Positions 60,204 to 64,000 of a stretch of DNA of 64,000 nucleotides are shown piece after piece. The notes under the pieces are model-generated. The model did not search any database, was not told where the DNA came from, and saw only the letters and a program-made list of their open reading frames with translations. The stretch is from the human T2T-CHM13v2.0 reference genome, Homo sapiens. Numbering within the stretch: the first letter of the stretch is position 1; each line of letters starts with the position of its first letter. Made by a program: the position numbers and the translations under genes. The stretch is taken from assembly GCF_009914755.1 (NCBI RefSeq), contig NC_060936.1; one strand, given 5' to 3'.

Positions 60204-62864
60204 GCCGCGTGGTGGCTCCCCGAGCGGAGGCGCGATTCCGCCGCCCAGCGGCCCCCTCCCGGGGGCGCCTGGAGGGGGAGAAGGGCGGAGGCGGCCGGTT
60301 CCTTCTCCTCCCGGGAGGCAGGACCCCCCGACGCCGACCGCCGGACGCCCCCCGCCCCAAAGCTTATTGGAAAATTCACTTTTGTAAAGCAAATGTATTT
60401 CCAGAGCTATTTTCGGCCGCGTGAGGCGTGTCCTAAGCTGAATCAGACAGGAAGAGGGGGAAGTTCGGGTCTTTTAATTTTTTTTTTTTCCGAAGGGAGG
60501 GGAGTGAGATGCTAGGTGGGTGACAGACGGCAGGCGCTCGCCTTCTTAACTCACGCCTGTCGCATCTGCCGCCTCAGTAATCCAGCCCCGTCCAAGCCGA
60601 AATTCGCCGAAGGGAGTGCGGATGCACAGGCCTGGCGGACTCTGCCCCCCTCCAGAACGCAGCGGCCCAGCGCCCCGGCGGGCGCGGCTGCGACCAGAGG
60701 GTCCCGGAAGCGAGTGAACACCTGCAATCGCACTGCCCGTCCCCACCCACCCTGCTCCCCCGTGCTCTCCGCTTCCCGACGTTTTCCTCTTCTCCTTGTC
60801 CGCATTTTTCTACTTTGCCTGCACTCCCTCCTTCCTCTTGATGTGCCTCCTATGTGTCCCCTCGGATTTATGTGTCCCCTCGCATTTTGCCAGTCGGGTT
60901 TTCGGTTTTGATTGACCGTCCATCCCTCCACGGAGAAACACAAACACAGCTCCACTCTTTGGGGGAGCCGAGGGGAAGGCAGTGGCTCCCATTTCTGAGC
61001 CTGAACTCAGTCACTACCCGCTCCCCACCTGGCCTAGGCGCCCCTGCGCGGAGAAGGCGGGACTCGAACTCGCGCTGCTCCCGGGCCTTGAGCCGACCGC
61101 GGAATCACCTGGCTGGGAGGCATCCTCCAGGTAAGCTTGGGAGTATGTGTGCTTAGTGCTGCAGGCTCCTGCAGAAAAGTGCCTATAAACACCCAACACC
61201 CTGCTGCACCCTCCACCTCCAGGCTTTGTACACTTTCCAACCGAAACTCCAAAACGCTAGCGTAGAGGGTGGGGAGCCGGCCGGAAAAAGAATAAAAGTC
61301 CAATAAAACTGGCGTTCGCTAAAGTTTATCACCAGTCCTACATGGGATATATATATATGTATTTTTTTTTCCGTGAAGGGTGAAAAGGAGATAAGGAAGA
61401 ACCAACAATCTACCCCCTCCCGCCGCCCCCCACCCCCGCGCCACGGTGATCAGTTTGGACTTCAAAGCCAGAGCACAGGCTCTTGCGCTTTTTCTTGAAA
61501 CCGAAGTCTACACTGAAAGAAAGTGTGCACTTTTGCCTAGAAGGCAACATGCGTTTTCCCGCGTGCTAGGTGGAGTGCATTTTAACAAGACATTAGGGTT
61601 TTAACACATGGCTGGAGTGGCGACCAAAAGGGAAAACTCAGTTTCCAGTCCAAGCCTCCTAGAGACATTCCTGCCAACCTCCGCACCCTCTCACGCCCCA
61701 CCCCACGTGTGAGAGTCTGCAAAACCACCGGGGATTGGATTCGATGGCGAGCTTCACGCTCGGGAACAGTCAGTAATCGGAAGGGGAAGTGGACAGGGGA
61801 ACTTCAAGAGGCGAGCCTGCCACGCGGGAAGCGCCCGAACTTGCGGGTCTCCATGAATGCAGAGGGCGCCGGGAAGGGGGGGCATCCGGCCGCGACCCTC
61901 TCTGCCCCTCCCATTCGCTGCCCCCCTCCCCGCTGGAATTTCTCTGTAAAGCAAGACGGAGTAGGGGGAGGGGGAGAGGGAAGGGGCGAGAGGGCCCTCG
62001 GCTCACTCCCGAGACGTGAGGACTCGCCACCCAGGCATTCTCCTCGGGGTGGGCTGGGCCCCGGGACGACCACCCGCTTCTTCCTCGCCCCCGCTGCCCC
62101 CACTTCGGGAGACCCAGAGCTCTGGATGCCTTTCCCCGGAGAAGGGGGGGTGTGCGGAGTCGGGGTGGAAGAGACCTTGCTCGCAGAGCTATATCAAGTG
62201 ATGTCCAGAGGCTGGGAGCCCCGGCGGCCTCTGTCCCTTGCCTGTCGGGTTAGATTTATACTTTAAAAATACCTCCCGCCCTCCCTCCTTCTCTCGCCTC
62301 TCCCCGCTGCAACTTTCTTTGATCCGCTCAAAGGTGGCTTAGGTGAAATTGGAGTAATTCCCTTATGGGGGTCTTAAAATGTAAGTGAATGTCCTTATCC
62401 GGGGTGACTCAAAAGCTTAAGTCGGGAAGCCCAACGTGACTAAAACCAATAGGTGATTGTTCGGGGCCGACTGTGTGCGGGTGTACACGGTATTCGGCCC
62501 GGGTGTCATCCGCGGCGCTGGACTGTTTCATTTTGAGTTTGCAACTTGGGTTTTTCAGCGAGCTTTTTTTCTTCCTGAAAGCTAATGGCTTCCACAGCAA
62601 TTAGACATTTTCCTCGCCCGCCCCTTCCCTCCCCTTTCTTTACATATAGGAGATGGGATACTCATTCCCGCTGCTATTGATAAGGTCGGAGGCGGCCGGG
62701 CCTCTCCCCAGCTTTCGCCCGCCCCAGCGCCCGCTCTCCCTCCGCCCTCCCTTGGCTTCCTTTTGATGTAGTGGGGAACGCGTCCTACTAAAAAAAAAAA
62801 AAAAAAAAAAAAAAAGTAATCTGCCCGGTAACAATCAGCGCGCAGTAGCAGGAGCCCCAGAGCT

Positions 62865-62879
62865 ATTGGCTATGCAAAT
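62865..62879. promoter_or_regulatory. Inverted CCAAT box next to an octamer motif
   Basis: ATTGG at 62865, ATGCAAAT at 62872. Confidence 0.55.
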
Positions 62880-63196
62880 AGAGGGAGGGGAGACGGCGCC
62901 CCAAACTCTTCCTCACCCTTTTAAAGCGATATCCCCTCCTTTCCCCCCCACCACCCCTTCCGCCCCACCCTCGTTTAAAGAGGCTGGCTCCGGGGCCTGA
63001 GTTAATCGCTTGCACCTCTAGTTTATTCGCTCCCCTCCTCCGCCTTGCAGGGAACCTAGTGTACGGCTCACCCAGCCCGCGCCCCACCCCGCCTTGCTGG
63101 CTCTCCGCGCCCCTGCCCGGGCCCCCTCTCTCGGTGAGGGAGGCACTCAGTCGGCCTCGGTGTGCCCAGAGAGCTCGAGCCACGCCATGCCCGCTG

Positions 63197-63202
63197 CACG
63201 TG
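63197..63202. promoter_or_regulatory. MYC/MAX-type E-box, distal CCND2 promoter
   Basis: CACGTG; CCND2 is an established direct MYC target via upstream E-boxes. Confidence 0.8.
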
Positions 63203-63367
63203 CCAGCTTGGCCAGCACATCAGGGCGCTGGTCTCTCCCCTTCCTCCTGGAGTGAAATACACCAAAGGGCGCGGTGGGGGTGGGGGGTGACGGGAGGAAG
63301 GAGGTGAAGAAACGCCACCAGATCGTATCTCCTGTAAAGACAGCCTTGACTCAAGGATGCGTTAGAG

Positions 63368-63373
63368 CACGTG
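63368..63373. promoter_or_regulatory. Second MYC/MAX-type E-box
   Basis: CACGTG. Confidence 0.8.
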
Positions 63374-63597
63374 TCAGGGCCGACCGTGCTGGCGGCGACT
63401 TCACCGCAGTCGGCTCCCAGGGAGAAAGCCTGGCGAGTGAGGCGCGAAACCGGAGGGGTCGGCGAGGATGCGGGCGAAGGACCGAGCGTGGAGGCCTCAT
63501 GCCTCCGGGGAAAGGAAGGGGTGGTGGTGTTTGCGCAGGGGGAGCGAGGGGGAGCCGGACCTAATCCCTCACTCGCCCCCTCCCCCTCCCGGGCCAT

Positions 63598-63606
63598 TTC
63601 CTAGAA
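63598..63606. promoter_or_regulatory. STAT5 GAS / BCL6 site
   Basis: TTCCTAGAA matches TTCN3GAA and the BCL6 core; STAT5 activation and BCL6 repression of CCND2 are established. Confidence 0.8.
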
Positions 63607-64000
63607 AGCTGCATCGGTGTGGCCACGCTCAGCGCAGACACCTCGGGCGGCTTGTCAGCAGATGCAGGGGCGAGGAAGCGGGTTTTTCCTGCGTGGCCGC
63701 TGGCCGCGGGGGAACCGCTGGGAGCCCTGCCCCCGGCCTGCGGCGGCCCTAGACGCTGCACCGCGTCGCCCCACGGCGCCCGAAGAGCCCCCAGAAACAC
63801 GATGGTTTCTGCTCGAGGATCACATTCTATCCCTCCAGAGAAGCACCCCCCTTCCTTCCTAATACCCACCTCTCCCTCCCTCTTCTTCCTCTGCACACAC
63901 TCTGCAGGGGGGGGCAGAAGGGACGTTGTTCTGGTCCCTTTAATCGGGGCTTTCGAAACAGCTTCGAAGTTATCAGGAACACAGACTTCAGGGACATGAC

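Larger units (their letters stand above)
59800..64000. promoter_or_regulatory. CCND2: CpG island / upstream promoter region of cyclin D2
   Basis: Very high GC and CpG density; 63171-64000 recognised from memory as the published human CCND2 promoter sequence. Confidence 0.85.

Noticed and set aside
60851-60882. 14-bp direct repeat tatgtgtcccctcg at 18-bp period
   Set aside because: Only two copies, consistent with simple local slippage; no motif I can support.
59852-63999. Many 60-190 aa Pro/Arg/Gly/Ala-rich ORFs on both strands
   Set aside because: Expected from stop-codon scarcity in a CpG island; none resembles cyclin D2 or any protein I recognise.

Overview
This is primate, almost certainly human, non-coding genomic DNA with no credible protein-coding gene. 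The last ~830 bp match, from my recall, the published human cyclin D2 (CCND2) upstream promoter: a SacI GAGCTC at 63171, two CACGTG E-boxes and a TTCCTAGAA STAT5/BCL6 site. That places the window immediately upstream of CCND2 (12p13.32), with the start codon roughly 0.8 kb past the right edge. The identification is from memory and needs BLAT confirmation. The right 4.2 kb is a CpG-island promoter zone. A minus-strand terminal exon (branch point, acceptor and AATAAA) at ~39520-39952 fits the 3' end of the antisense lncRNA CCND2-AS1. The rest is typical interspersed repeat: about 15 Alus, a near full-length old L1, other L1/L2/MIR fragments, MaLR/ERV LTRs and MER DNA transposons. The most unusual items are: (1) a 175-bp fold-back element built from two LTR 3' (U5) ends and flanked by a 4-bp direct repeat (20127-20301); (2) a CpG-rich 25-bp minisatellite carrying 26 half-CRE motifs (34492-34828); (3) an MSTB LTR with anomalous CpG retention beside a CTCF-like motif; (4) a 124-bp templated insertion inside the L1; (5) an AluY without a target-site duplication. 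I cannot demonstrate a new biological system from sequence alone, so these are leads. Repeat subfamily names are by eye, not RepeatMasker.
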